A DNA stretch of 64,000 bases from Lama glama (taxonomy: Eukaryota). This document shows positions 25,286-38,200 of this stretch, in pieces (position 1 is the first letter of the stretch; every line of letters starts with the position of its first letter). The notes beneath the pieces were generated by a model, which was given only the letters and a program-made list of their open reading frames with translations, was not told where the DNA came from and ran no database searches. The stretch lies in NCBI GenBank assembly GCA_028534125.1, contig CM052818.1, positions 3,598,001 through 3,662,000 of the forward strand, read 5' to 3'. Position numbers and translations under genes: made by a program.

Positions 25286-28200
25286 AAAACCTAGATCCAG
25301 AGAGACACAGTGATTTGCTTAAAGTGCCACAAAAACAGTGTAGAACCAAGTCCCCTGCCTCTGAGTCCCTTTCCTTCCTCCCTGTTAGACCATGCTGCCT
25401 CCTGCCACATGTGTCACTTTTCTTAAGGAACTCTGCTTATTCTGTTCTCATCCCAAGGCATTTGAGTAGAATCTAGAACTTCACCTGTTTGCATTACTGT
25501 AATCTCAGGCATCTATGGCTTGGTGACCCCTCATCCAATCCTCTTACTTAAAAGAGAAGTTAATCCTCTTTTACATATTAAGCACTTTCATTTATACACA
25601 TACACACACATTAATTCTGATAAATATGCCCATGTAGTCCTGACAGTCTTTAAAAGTAATTCTTACCCTCTATTTAAGAAAACTGATGCTTAGAAAACTA
25701 GGCAACTTTACTAACTTAAATTCAGGCTCTTTGACTCTTTCATATTGCTTATGTATTTGGGGGGATTTTATAGACCCCAGATGAAAATGTACAACATCAC
25801 AATAAAAGATTAAATACCTGAATAATACCTTCCCCAAAGCCAGGAATTCCCACCCGCCTCACCCCTGCTGACCACACACACACATATTTAGAATCTGAAG
25901 CCAGTTCTAAAAATAGCTGAGTCAGCCTAAGAACTGATACCAAACTGGACCATTTTCTTCTATCCAGAATTGTCCACTGCTTTTGACATATACTGGAATA
26001 TGATGGGATCATGGACTTGTGCTTCTAACACAAAGGAGGTGGAAAACCCTTGTGAAATGTTGCTTAGGAGGATTAAATCATTGCAAAATGCAATTTGTGA
26101 GTTATTTCTGCGTTTCATTGGTCTGTCTCTTTGTATGATTGAGAAGTGGAGTTTGAGTCTTTGTACATTTTGGATATGAACTGTCCCAGAAGATGGGTTT
26201 TGTTTTTGCATCCAGCAAAGCCATTTCCCATGATTCATGTCAAATTAAGTCCTTGTTCATCACATAGCAGCACGTCGTCATAGGCTGGCATGGAGCTTGA
26301 TGGAGGTTTTAGATCTGAAAGAATGCTTCTGGCAGTTCGCTAAATCCACCACCCACTTCTCTGCTCTTGCTCACCCACCCCAACCCCCTCATCGTGATAC
26401 ATGGCCTCAGTGTTTGTATAAAAGTGTAAGGGAGAAAATGGAAATGAGAGATACCAAGGCCAGACCCTGATGCCCCTGGGAGGCTGTGATTTAAAGTCTG
26501 TAGCCTTTCTTTCCCCTCCCATTACATTCTCTTCTCAAAGTCTTCATTTACAGTGACCAAAAATGACCAATAATAGCTTTAAATTTATCTTCTAAGAGTC
26601 CGTACACTTTAAGGCAATCAAAGCCTTAGTTGAACCAGAAGAATGAGTCTCCATCCGTAGAAGATCTGGGTCCTAGTCCTGGCCAGCTCTGTGGCTTACT
26701 TGCTGTAAGATCTTAGGCAAGTTCTTCATCTTTCTGGGAGCTGTTTCCTCATCTGTAAATGAGAAGGCTAACTGGATAAGATCTGAGGTTCTTTCCAGTG
26801 TTAACATATCTTTTATAACTTGACCGTTGTGCACAGGACCCTCTCTGGGTGAAAACCCTTTCTCCTCTGTTTATGGAGATAGCAGACACTGTAGGCAGCA
26901 TGTGGAGGGAGCTTTGAAGTCAAGTCTAGGGGCTCCCGTGTCTCATCTGTGCCTTTGGGCAAGTCACACATTCCACAGCCTCTGATGTCTATTGTCCTCA
27001 ACTGTATCAGGATCCCCAGCCCCAGGGCTTTTTTGTGAATAAAAAATGAAAATGTTTGACTTCGAACTCTACAAATACAAGTGACGACCATTGTTATCAT
27101 AGCACCTGGGGGTCGGCACTGAGTGACTGAGAGCCTTCTCACCGCAGGGGCGCTGGGCGTGACAGAACCCATTTCTGCATGTGCTGTCTTCCTTCCTTAC
27201 ACTGTGGCCCTGGACTCTCATTCCCAGTTTTCTGCCTGGTATTACTCTGATCTCTGTTGCTCCCTCCTACAGCTCCAGTATTAGAATATTCCTAAGCAGC
27301 AATGACCAAATTATCGTTGTGAACAGCCTTGTACTTTGAGGTTTGGTCAGAAAATAAACTTCCCGAAATTCAGCGACTTGCCCCACCCCCACCCCACTTC
27401 ATCCGCGCACCCCACACAGGTGCTCATGCATGCACACACGTGCTTTTTCACCCCCTCATGCTTCTTGCTAGTGGCTAATAAAAGAATTAGAGTTTTGTTG
27501 AAGAACCTGGCTTTTCCGCAGCTAATCCCCTATTCCCCGCACCTCCCACCTCCCCAGTGACAGGGGACGAGAAGGAGCCTGGAACAGGGGACACAGAGAT
27601 TAAGAAGACATCTTCCCTGCCTTCAGGGCTGCAAGAGAATTGAAAGCAGAGTGTTCCAGAAAGTTCTAATGCTACAGGGAGGGTGGGGAAAGGCTTAGAG
27701 ATGATGCTAGAGTGACTAATGAGAAAAAGGTTAGGGAGAGGTGTCTCCCTGTTACAGATGAGGAATAAGATCAGAAGTTTAAGGAACTGGCCCAGGAGCA
27801 CAGCCAGTCACTGGAGAGGCCGAGACGAACTGTATGAACGTATCTGTATGAAAGTGCTGTGTGAAAGACGAACGAGTAATTTTTACTTTTCATCCAGAGC
27901 TTCACAAGACTGCAAATATCTGAGCGCTGAAAAGTAAAAGAAGCAGATAATTACCTTTTTTTCTAAGTGAAAGGAGCTTTTTAGTGGGGAATAAAGCAAA
28001 AGCTAGTATTCAAAATAATGAAAAATTCGATTTGGGGGGAAAACCATCAATTAATCAAGATCAATGCTAATGTCATTACACTTGTCTACTTGGTTAGTAC
28101 TTCGGGTTTTTTCCCCTGCTGTTAAGAGGCTGTTTGCTTTCTTCCTTTCTTTCTTCAATATAAATCAAGTATAAATGAGAAATGTAGTGTATTGTTATTT

Positions 28201-29029
28201 AATTCAAAGATATCTGCATGTTTTATACTCCAAAGGTGGTAAATTGGTTTCACATATAAAAATATCTTTTTCTGTAGTGTGGTAATTATATCAAAGCAAA
28301 TTATCTTGCCAAGACACTAAAATCTATTGTTTCATCTGTGTAGTTACAGATCACCTACATTACAGATCACCTAAAATTTTATTTCTATCCCTGGATGAGT
28401 TTCAGTTTCATCTTTGCTGATCTTGGTTCCTGGCAGCCCAGAAGAATACAGATTCATTAAAATGTTATATACACATACTTGAACTTTAAGTCACTTCATT
28501 TTTTTCAAACATTTTCATTTTAGTTTTCTCTTAATGGCAGTTTATTTCTGTGCTAGAAAAAAACATTGTTGACAGGCCTTTAACTAGGCAGATTATAAAA
28601 TTTATGTGGCCTCAGTCTCTTTGTAAGTAAGAGGAAGTAAGAGCTCTTAATTGAGTCCATGACTCATTATTTTGTGTCAAGTTAATGCTCAACTTTTAAT
28701 AGGTTAAAGGTAGAGAGCTGTTGGTGGATTGGGGTAAAGGAATGGTTTGGGAAGGAACCTTAATGTGTGCGTGTTGTGACAAATCTGGTGGCTTCTGATG
28801 TCCTTTTGTTTCTTAGCCAGAAGACATCAAAAGTAATCTATCTACAGGCTTACATGAATTTTGTGAGATTTGACAGTCTATAATAGAGTACCAGGTGTGT
28901 TACAAGCTCTCAGTTGGAAACAACAGATGATTGTGGAAGTTAACTTAGGTGTGGTTTCATTGCTTCTCTCAGTTGAGTTATAAACCATTTATAAACGCAA
29001 GTCAAAAAAAAAAAAGAGAGAGAGATTCA

Positions 29030-29530
29030 AAAGTAAGCGCAGGAAGAGATATGAATACACAAAGACTTATATGCATGTGTTTATGGTAGCTTTGTTTTTA
29101 ATAGCTAAAAACTGAAAACAACCAAATGTCCATCAACTGGTGAATGAATCAACAAAAATGTTGATGTTCAAAAATATTCATATGATGGAACACGACTCGC
29201 AATAAAACAGAACGAACACTGATACGTGCCCCAGCATGGAGGCATCTCAGAAGCATTACACTAGGTGAAGGACATCAGAAAAGCCTACATGCTGTGCAGT
29301 AAATGCTAGAAAAGGCAAAGCTTTCAGGACAGAAAGCAGATCTTTTGTTGCCACGGTCTGGGGGTGAGAGGAAGGCATTGACTAGAAAGGGGCACAGAGG
29401 TCCTTTTTTGGATGATGGTCTACATCATTAGTTCCGTGGTGTTTATGTGTATGTTTGTCAAAATCCATCAAATTGTACACTGAAAACTGGTGACTTTTAT
29501 TCTGCGTAAACTATACCTCAAATTTAAAAA
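29030..29530 (+). mobile_element. Old L1M-type ORF2-end/3'UTR fragment
   Basis: AATAGCTAAAAACTGAAAACAACCAAATGTCCATCAACTGGTGAATG...TAAACTATACCTCAA. Confidence 0.7.
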
Positions 29531-29772
29531 CAAACTCAGGGCCACATCTTGAATGCCTTGCAAGGTGACTGCTTCATTTGGGAAAATAATCATTTTTAAA
29601 CTTTGAACTTTGAAAGCCTGTTTTTAACAAGATATTGGCAGTGTTCGGTTTTAGGCTGAATCAGTACAAAATGTTGACCCCTAAGATGTGTTTGCATAGA
29701 AAATGGTAAATGATCAGCTTACTTTAATATCTCATTGCATTTTTGCTTTCTTTCCCTCTCTGCCCAACCTAG

Positions 29773-29874
29773 AAAAACTAATTGAGGGACTCAAATCTCC
29801 TGACACTTCTCTTCTGCTCCCCGACCTCTTGCCTATGGCAGATCCTTTTGGTAGCACTTCTGATGCTGTAATTG
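29773..29874 (+). CDS. AAK1: AAK1 coding exon (probably exon 18), [34 protein letters not shown]
   Basis: tag|AA acceptor and G|gtaaag donor; 102 nt, phase 1 to 1; DLL and DPF motifs. Confidence 0.94.
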
Positions 29875-29960
29875 GTAAAGTCATCATCTCTGTTTCTTCA
29901 GTCATGCATGATGTGTGTGTCTGTTTCAAGAATGACAGCTGGTTAACAGATCCCTACTGA
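29875..29960 (+). CDS. AAK1: Intron read-through extension of exon 18 giving a short-isoform C-terminus ([28 protein letters not shown])
   Basis: Frame stays open past the donor to TGA at 29958-29960; resembles the recalled human short-isoform tail [21 protein letters not shown]. Confidence 0.65.
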
Positions 29961-30852
29961 GTAGCCCTGATGTGGAGCAGAAATGCCACGAGGCCGCCCC
30001 GTGTGGGAGCGATGCCTTGTGCTAACCGAGAAGCCAGGGCTAGTTAATCTCCCTTGTTATTACCCCAAACCAAGTGTTTTCTCTGCCTTCCAGCACCACA
30101 ACGCTGCTATTTATGCCTTTCTTGAAATGCTGAGATTTCCAGAGTGAATTTCTCACGAATGAGAAGGAATGTGGAAAAATTCACATTTCGTTACAAAAAC
30201 TTCATGAAGAAAGTTGGTTTTGAGCTGGACTCTACCTTTTGCAGATTCTTCTTCAGAAGGGTTCCATGTGTGCCAAATATCAGTAACCGAGAAAACACTT
30301 GGCCCGCGGTGAAGCCCCATGAGTAGAATCCAGGGCCCCTTGTACTCCAGGGGCACAAAGTCCCAGAGCTCAGAAATGCCATGACCCTACAGAGACTTGG
30401 GCCTCCAGCTGGGGGGTGTCATGCAGCAAAGGATATCTCCAGCTACATCATGGCGTGGGATTTGAGATGCACTAGTGGCCTTTGCAAAGCACAGGGCATC
30501 TTTGCTTCCAAATTTTTCCCTTATGAAAAGCAAAATTACCAGAAGGTATTGATAGCTGCCTTTGAGCCTTTGTCTTCTGGCATGTAAGAGATCTTGGGTG
30601 GTTTGAGGTCTGCATTTGGTTATAAAGACCGAGAATCACCGAGACCAGCCACGGTGGTTAGCCTTGCACGCACATGCTCAGTCAGTGAAGCCCAGACACT
30701 CAAAGCAGCAGAAAGAAAGCAACTTGCTGCGCCTCCCGTCTTGCTTGAGACTGACATTTTAGCGACATGTAGAAGGTCTTCTCAGAATTGTCCAAAGAAC
30801 CTTCTGATTCCCCTTCCTTCTCCTCTCCTTTCTTAATGCTCTGTTACAAAAG

Positions 30853-30954
30853 AAAAAGCTGACGTGGCTGTTGAGAGTCTCATTCCGGGACTGGAGCCCC
30901 CGGTGCCCCAGCGCCTCCCATCTCAGACAGAATCCGTGACCTCGAACCGCACAG
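30853..30954 (+). CDS. AAK1: AAK1 coding exon (probably exon 19), [34 protein letters not shown]
   Basis: aag|AA acceptor and G|gtcagt donor; 102 nt, phase 1 to 1. Confidence 0.93.
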
Positions 30955-32360
30955 GTCAGTCAGGACTCTGAAGCTGCAGGGACTGGTCATTGTGGGGAGC
31001 CCTCAGAGTCAGTCTCTCCCCCGGCGGCAAATGGCCCTGGGCTTGTTCCGCAGCCTGGTTACTTCCTCCCAGAGTGATGCTCTGCATTATTATGGCCCCA
31101 GCTTCTAGATGTTGAGCGACGTGTTTCCTCGCTCAAGAGCAGAGTACTTTTTGGAGCCATGTTCTTTGTAGAGTGACCCCTGGGCTTTCCTTGGTTATAG
31201 CCCTTTATTTGAGATTTTTCCCCACTGGTGGCATGTTCCCTCTACCTCCTTAATTAAAGATCTCTGCTGAGCTATAAGGATGCCTGGAACTCCTTCCGGG
31301 CGCCGAGCAGTGTTTCCTATCTAACAATGTCAGCGATGTCCGTGGGGGTTCCTGTGATGTATGTTGACATTCTGTTCCCAACACAGAGCTTTAATCATAT
31401 CAAGGTGATTTACTATTAAATTGTAAGCATAGTTGAAATCTTCCCTGGTTCCCTTACTGCTTTCGCCTTAATTTCAAAGCTGACTCTTAGTAGAATTCCT
31501 TAACTGCAGATTCCTTAAATACAGATTGGATAACTTTCATTTGTATTGAGTCCATAATTGCCTAGAAAGTGTCCAGTTTGCTAACTTGCAACAGAAATAA
31601 TTAGAAGTCTAGGAAATGTGAGAATAAGCTCATCCAGGTTGGAAAAAAAATTAGCATAGAAGACAGTACGGTTCTTTTACCTTGTGCTTACTTCGTTCTT
31701 CTCTCCTAGAAAACTTCCCCAGAAAACCATTCATATGTCAAAATACTTGAACTCTGAATTTTGTCTTCCTTCTGTTCCTTCATCATGTGTTCAAAGGAGC
31801 GACTCAAATTTAAAGAATACCAATTATTAAAGAATACCAATAAGAGGCAATATCATTCTATTTTGGATGGGGATCTGGAAGGAGCTGCTCAATCATGCCA
31901 TATTCTGCTAATAATAAGCCAGGGACAGCCCCCTTCCAGTCAGCCTGGATTCCTCATCCTCTAGTAACTTTTTCTAATGAATGTTTAGTGAAAGTATAAG
32001 GGAAACTTTAGTTGCAAAGTCCTCTTTCCCAAATGGCCTTTGCTGAGAATTGGATTACCAGTTTTATTGGCATCCAAATCACTTACTTGCTTAACCAGCC
32101 CAACCTCTGAGCCAAAAAAAAAAAAAAAAAAAAATTCCTTCCGTGTTTGTGTATTACCTTTAAGAGGAATTGAGAAATACATGTTTCTAGAGATGAAAGT
32201 CCAGAGTGCGTAAGGTGTTTCTTTTGGTTTTCTTTCTCTCTTTGGCTTGTATGTACGATGTAAATGCGGTAACTGAAAGGCTCAGACCTAATCCCATGCT
32301 ATTGTTGTGTGTGCCATTTAATGCCGTCACTGACCTGGGATGCTGTCAATTTGGACTCAG

Positions 32361-32471
32361 ATTCTCTCACCGGGGAGGATTCCCTGATTGATTGCTCTCT
32401 GCTTTCTAACCCTACTACTGACCTGCTGGAGGAGTTCGCCCCAATAGCGATCTCTGCTCCGGCCCATAAAG
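32361..32471 (+). CDS. AAK1: AAK1 coding exon (probably exon 20), [37 protein letters not shown]
   Basis: cag|AT acceptor and G|gtaaat donor; 111 nt, phase 1 to 1. Confidence 0.93.
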
Positions 32472-34093
32472 GTAAATGCTTCCCTCTTGTCGGGCCCACG
32501 GGTATCCTTAGAGGAGAAAAACTGATCCACTCCTGAGAATTTTCCTTAACAAAAGTCTTTGCTAATGAAGTTTTTTTTTTTTAACCCCTCCTTAAGTAGA
32601 AAATGAGCTTGTACTCTTAGCCCCTGGGTTAAAATCCCTCTCGGTAAGAATATTTAATAAGGCTCGGACAACAGATTGCGGAGACAGGGCTTTGGGGCAG
32701 TTGCCCGGAGTGCAGACATCCCATGCTTTCTTTTAAAGACAGAGCTGCAGACGTCTGCAGGCAGCTCAGGTGGGTGGTTGAGGGGACTGCCCACTGACTG
32801 ACTCTAATTAGATGCCCGTTGACCTTAGAACTGAAAATTACTTCATTAAATCAGATTTAAAGTTTTTTGATAGTGATTACTACAATAAAGGAAAAGGCAC
32901 CATTTCTCAAAGGTCAGTCCTCAAAGATTGATCTTGTAAAAGTTTTGAATTTCAGTTAACCTTTGAGTCATGATTAGTTAGTTACTGGGTCTCTCTTTCT
33001 AAACTACTGTTTTCATTTCTTAGTCTTGGGTTCACTGGTTTGAAATTCTGCTGGACAGAGGTAGCTTGAATTGTGTTCTGTTCAGTGAGTAGTTTGTGAG
33101 AGTGACAGGCACTCTGCCTGGCTTACTGTACGCAGGCATTCACTAAACTTCTTTCTGTGCTTAGAGTGAAAGTGGTTTTCTGGCTGGAGCAGATACATAC
33201 AGACAAAGAAACAGCTTTAAGTCCTTTCTGAAGGAAATTCAAGCAAGTAGCCTTCCCAAGATGACTAAAAAATAATTAGCCTGTGGTTTGCAACAGTAAT
33301 AGCTGAGTTTTTGTTTTTACCCTTGACAGCATTAAAATGATTATGTTTTTATAGAGCAGGTGGAGAGAAGTTACCTATTTAGCCAATTATGTCTGGCAGG
33401 AGGGTATCAGCAGCAAAGTGTAATTATAGAGAAGCATCTCTTGCAAAATAGGTGTTCAGCTAGCACTTCTTGGAGGAGAGCCCTAATTCGAATGGAGAAG
33501 AATTCCTAACAAACTTCTGCTTGGAGTCTCAGTGCATGTGATCTTGGGCCCGAACATTCCTGAGGCATCAGAGTTTGAAAGTCTTTTTCTTCTCCTGATC
33601 TCAGAGCAGCAAGTTCTTTCAGAAGTATTTGGTTTGCCTTGTATAAAATGGTTACTTCTTAAAGGGTGACTGTCTCCCCACTGTCCCGGGTTTTGAGTTT
33701 TTCTGAATATTGTTCTTCTGGCCTCTGTTTGCTCAATAAAGAAGAATAAATGACTAAATCCCATGCCTTTGTGTATTACTGACATTGAAGAGGTCTCTCA
33801 CATGAACTGCACTTAATGGCCTTATAATGGTACAGAGAACCCTTTCTGTAACCCTTCGCCCTTCTCATTTATGAAAGTCTTAATTAACATGGCCAGCTCT
33901 AAAGCATTTGTTTTTCTATTTCCCTAAGTCTTCCAGCTTTACTGCTTATATTTCAACTCGGGAAAATAAGCATTTTCACCCTTAAAAACCACAGGGATTG
34001 TACAGTTGGGAACTTTGTGCCTCCGATGTGTTCTATCCTTTGCTAATCTCTACCTCTGTTGTTTCTGCTTGTGTACTTGCGTTCTGTATTAAG

Positions 34094-34204
34094 CTGCAGA
34101 AGATAATAATCTCATCTCAGGTTTTGATGTCCCTGAGGGCTCGGACAAGGTGGCAGAAGATGAGTTTGACCCTATTCCTGTATTGATAACCAAAAATCCA
34201 CAAG
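34094..34204 (+). CDS. AAK1: AAK1 coding exon (probably exon 21), [37 protein letters not shown]
   Basis: aag|CT acceptor and G|gtaaga donor; 111 nt, phase 1 to 1. Confidence 0.93.
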
Positions 34205-35199
34205 GTAAGAAAGAGAGAATGGGGAAAAGAGAGGAGCTTGACATCAGCTCTTTTCAAAATAGGAATGTACTTAATCTACAAGGGGGAAAAAAGCATCAAC
34301 ATTTAATGAAGGAAAGTGGGGGTAATGGCCATCATTGTGGGCTGGACCAGTGTAGACAGATGGAGATACAGATAAAGATGCTGATACAGGTTATCTTAGA
34401 GCATGACCATGGTGTTTATTTAAAAAGAAGAAAAGTGTCCAATAGCTTGACTAAAACCTGGTTTTTACAAAGTATCAAGCTAAAAATAAAGTGATCTCCA
34501 GTCAGTGGAAACCTGAAGGTGTATATCAAAAAAAAAAAAAAGCACTAAACATTTCTAAATCATGATTAGAACAATCTATTCTTGATTATTCATTTTTTAT
34601 TCATGATTTAGAACAATAAATATTCTTCCCAAAGAGGTGAACAGTGGTGCTTTGATACCGTTTGCATCTTTAGGACATTTGTGGAACATCCTTTTTCCTC
34701 TTTGACGGATTGAAATCATTTGAAGATGCCATAAAAACGCTGAATTGCCATAGGACCAGCTCTCTATTTTTAGAGCATGTTTTTATGCAGTAATCTTAAT
34801 AACTAAGTCCTCCCCAAATAAAACATTACTGATTTTTATCTTATGAGGGAGATGAGTTGATATTACCAGGAAGTTAGCATACAGCCAGCAGTTTTCAGGC
34901 AACATAGATACTCATTTGAAGACAGCATCCTCTTTGCAAGGTCTCCTGCCTGGAGTCGGTGTAGAGCCGGTGCCTGAAACTCTTGGTGGGAGGTGGTGGA
35001 CAGCTAATTGACATGTTTTCAAAATTAACATGTAAAAAAGTTTGCAAGTGTAAACTTAACATGTGAGAGTTTGCAAGTGTAAACTGTTGCTCCTCTAGGG
35101 TTTTTTTTTGTTTTGTTTTGTTTTCTCCTTTGCTTGCTCTGCACATCTAAACCTTAACCCTCTGTGTTTTGTACTGAACTCCTATCTCTCCACTTCCAG

Positions 35200-35294
35200 G
35201 TGGGCACTCTAGAAACAGCAGTGGGAGCTCTGAGTCCAGTCTTCCCAACCTAGCCAGGTCTCTCCTGCTGGTGGACCAGCTCATAGACCTGTAA
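35200..35294 (+). CDS. AAK1: AAK1 canonical terminal coding exon (probably exon 22), [31 protein letters not shown]
   Basis: cag|GT acceptor, phase 1; TAA at 35292-35294; ends in clathrin-box-like LIDL. Confidence 0.95.
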
Positions 35295-38200
35295 CCGTGA
35301 CCCAGTAGCAGATGCTGTTCCGTAACCTTCCTGCCGTAATACACGTTTTCATTACGGAGTTATAAGAAAATGATTTTTTTTTTAATCTGCAAATCAGGGG
35401 CCCTCTAGCCCTAACCTCCTACCCCTTGCCTTCTCCTATAGAAATGATAAGGACAGAAAATCACTTTGGCCCTCCAGATAGTCCTTGGCCAGTTCCTCCC
35501 TGTTAGTTTGCTGTGTTTTCTCATTACCCTCCTTCAATAGCATTAGCTTAAATTAAATGCTAGATGCCATGAGCTTCACCTCTGCTGGAACCAACTCCAC
35601 CAAAAGCTTCACTGTAATTGAAACTAGTGAACTGACACCTTTGTCTCATTCTTGCTAGGAATGGCCCTACCACATCAATCCTCCCCAACCCCTGTCTCCT
35701 TTGGCCAGACGCTGAATGTGTTTCTCTGTTTTTGCTTTTTATCCTGCTGCATTATCATGAGGACATGGCTTCTTCGGTTGGTCTAGGCAGTCCCCTGGAG
35801 ATGGGTGTGTGGTTTAAGACAGGGTAAAACTGCCCGATGGTCTGTGTTTGAGAAGAAAAAATTGAGCCCAGCTCTAGCCAACCAACTTTGACCTTGTTTG
35901 ACCATAGACTTAGCCAAGGGATTTTCCACCCCATGCAACCGCCCAGCATCCGTCCAGCATTCTGGCTTCCATTGAACCGTGATTTCTCAGATCTGGAGAC
36001 GTGACTGCAAGTACTTGAGATCCTTGGATAAAATGTGTACAGTATATAAATCCCAAGTATTGCCATTCCTTTTCGTGTCACCTGTCCCAAGCCGGGATCT
36101 CAGAATTAGACCAAAACAAGACAATGGTGGTAACATGATACCTTTTACTAGAAGACTTTTCACTGGGGGGTGGATGGGGGAGGGGAAGGAATTGTAGCAG
36201 AAACAGATGTATTTTTCTTGTGATTTTTATTTTGAATCAAATATTGTAAATTGTGTATAAATGAAGACGCTGAATAGTTCTGTTTCCACTTGGCGTTTCA
36301 AGTCTAATATCAGGTGTCTGTACAGGGTTTTGATCTCTTTCCCTTGTATAACTAACTACACAGCCATCCTGCGGTGTAACATATGGAATCATTTTGAGTA
36401 GACGTGTGTGTTGCTCTAAGCTTTCAGCAGGTCCTCTGTCTTTGTAGAATAAGCATGTTGTTTATTTTCAGATAATCAGAAATAAGTATACTGGCAAGCT
36501 AGGCACCATTTGACTCTGGCTACTTACCTTTCTTTCTCTCTAATGTTTAAATTGAAGGATGCAGCCAATGAAATACGTTCAGTTGGTTTTCCTTGGCTTC
36601 CTAGATGAAAAACAAAACAAAGCGTAGTTCCTCACTAACCTTAGAATATTGTTCGTAAAATAAATAAAGGCCCCTTCACTGACGTGACAACATGCCTCAT
36701 GGTTACCCTCTGTATATGTCCTTACTCACTGAAGTATATATATTTTTTCCATACGTGCAAAGTTGTTTTATAAAGCCGCCCTTTTGAAAAAGAGGTGGGC
36801 ACAGAGAACCCATTTGGGTCTCTTCCTCGAGTGGCATTTTCCATGATCAGAAGGGAAACTCTTAGTTGATCAGATGTGTCCCAATAAAAGTCCAGGTCCA
36901 TTTGCTTATTTCCCTATCTGGTACTTGTGTTTCTTCTTCCTCACGTTTGCACTTTAAGGGGGAAAAAAAAAACAAAAGAAAGCTGAACGGCGGCAACAGC
37001 TTATGAAATGCTGTGCTTTGGAGGTCAAGCTTTGACCCCAGCCATGTGAGAGCAGCCTTTGAAAAGCATCAGAGGAAAAGTCTGAACCCTTCAGCCTTCC
37101 TCCTGACTTTAAGTACTTCCGTGCCGGCTGAAACTAGATGCAGTAAGTAAAGGTCTCTCTTAGGATAATGGATTATTTCCAGAATTGAGGGAGGCACCGC
37201 CTTCCTGCTGAAGAGTGAAAAAAAAAGCTATCCTTGAATAGCTCTCCGTGATTAGATAGCAGTGAAAGTGGAACTTGGTTTGCCCCTTTATGGACAGGAA
37301 TGTTGCTGACGATCAAAACTGTCTTCTTTTTCCTGGACATAGAAAGAATGTATAAGCTAATGAAGGAGATGTTTATTTTTAAATAAGAATAATGTTTTAT
37401 GCCTATGTTTTCCAATTTGATTTTTTTTCCATACATACATGTTAGAAATATAACGAAACGTCTAGTTTGTCAACTTAACTGAAACCGTGAAGAGTACAGT
37501 TTAGAAATTCGGTAAGTGTCTCTAAATTGTTCCCTTTCGTGTATTACCCATAATCACAGTGAAATATATTATCTAGTCATCTGGCTGAATAGAGCTTAAT
37601 GGAGAATGTTAATGAAAATGAAAAGACTAGAAGCCAGAGAGACTGGATGAGGAAGCCTGAGGGAGATAATGACATGAAGTTATCTTCGGTTTATTCTTTA
37701 GGAGTAGGGTTTCAAAGGGGAGAACTGCTCTTCTGTTAAGGAACATGTGTGAGTGACGTGGTAAACAGGGCCTCCCTTAGTTTTTAGCATCACCTCTGAG
37801 CTAAAAGGGTTTATTTGAGATGAGTGTCGTGTGCTAATAATTGACAGACCTTTGAAACTGTAGACTGAGCTACAAGAGGGACCTTAGAGACCATCCTCTG
37901 GTCCATCCACTTCGTTTCCCAGGTCAGGGACCGGGCGCAGGTGGTGGGAGAAGAGGCCTGTGCAGGACAGCACCCCCCCCCCCCGCCCCCGGGAGCTCCT
38001 CCTGCTTTTTGAGTCCCTGGCCGAGTGGCCTTCAGCAGGGGCGTCACTTCTGAGAGCTGCCGTTCCTCACTCAACACCGTGATGGGTTTGGACTAGATGG
38101 TTTTTAAGATTATAGAATTCTGTGGTTCTAGGTATGTATTAGTGTGGTTTGGGAGGACGATGAAGGATTTATATAATCCTGATGTTCTTCAGTTATCTTC

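Noticed and set aside
31112..31136. Perfect 8-bp hairpin TTGAGCGA-N9-TCGCTCAA in intron 19
   Set aside because: Too short for a pre-miRNA and plausible by chance in 64 kb
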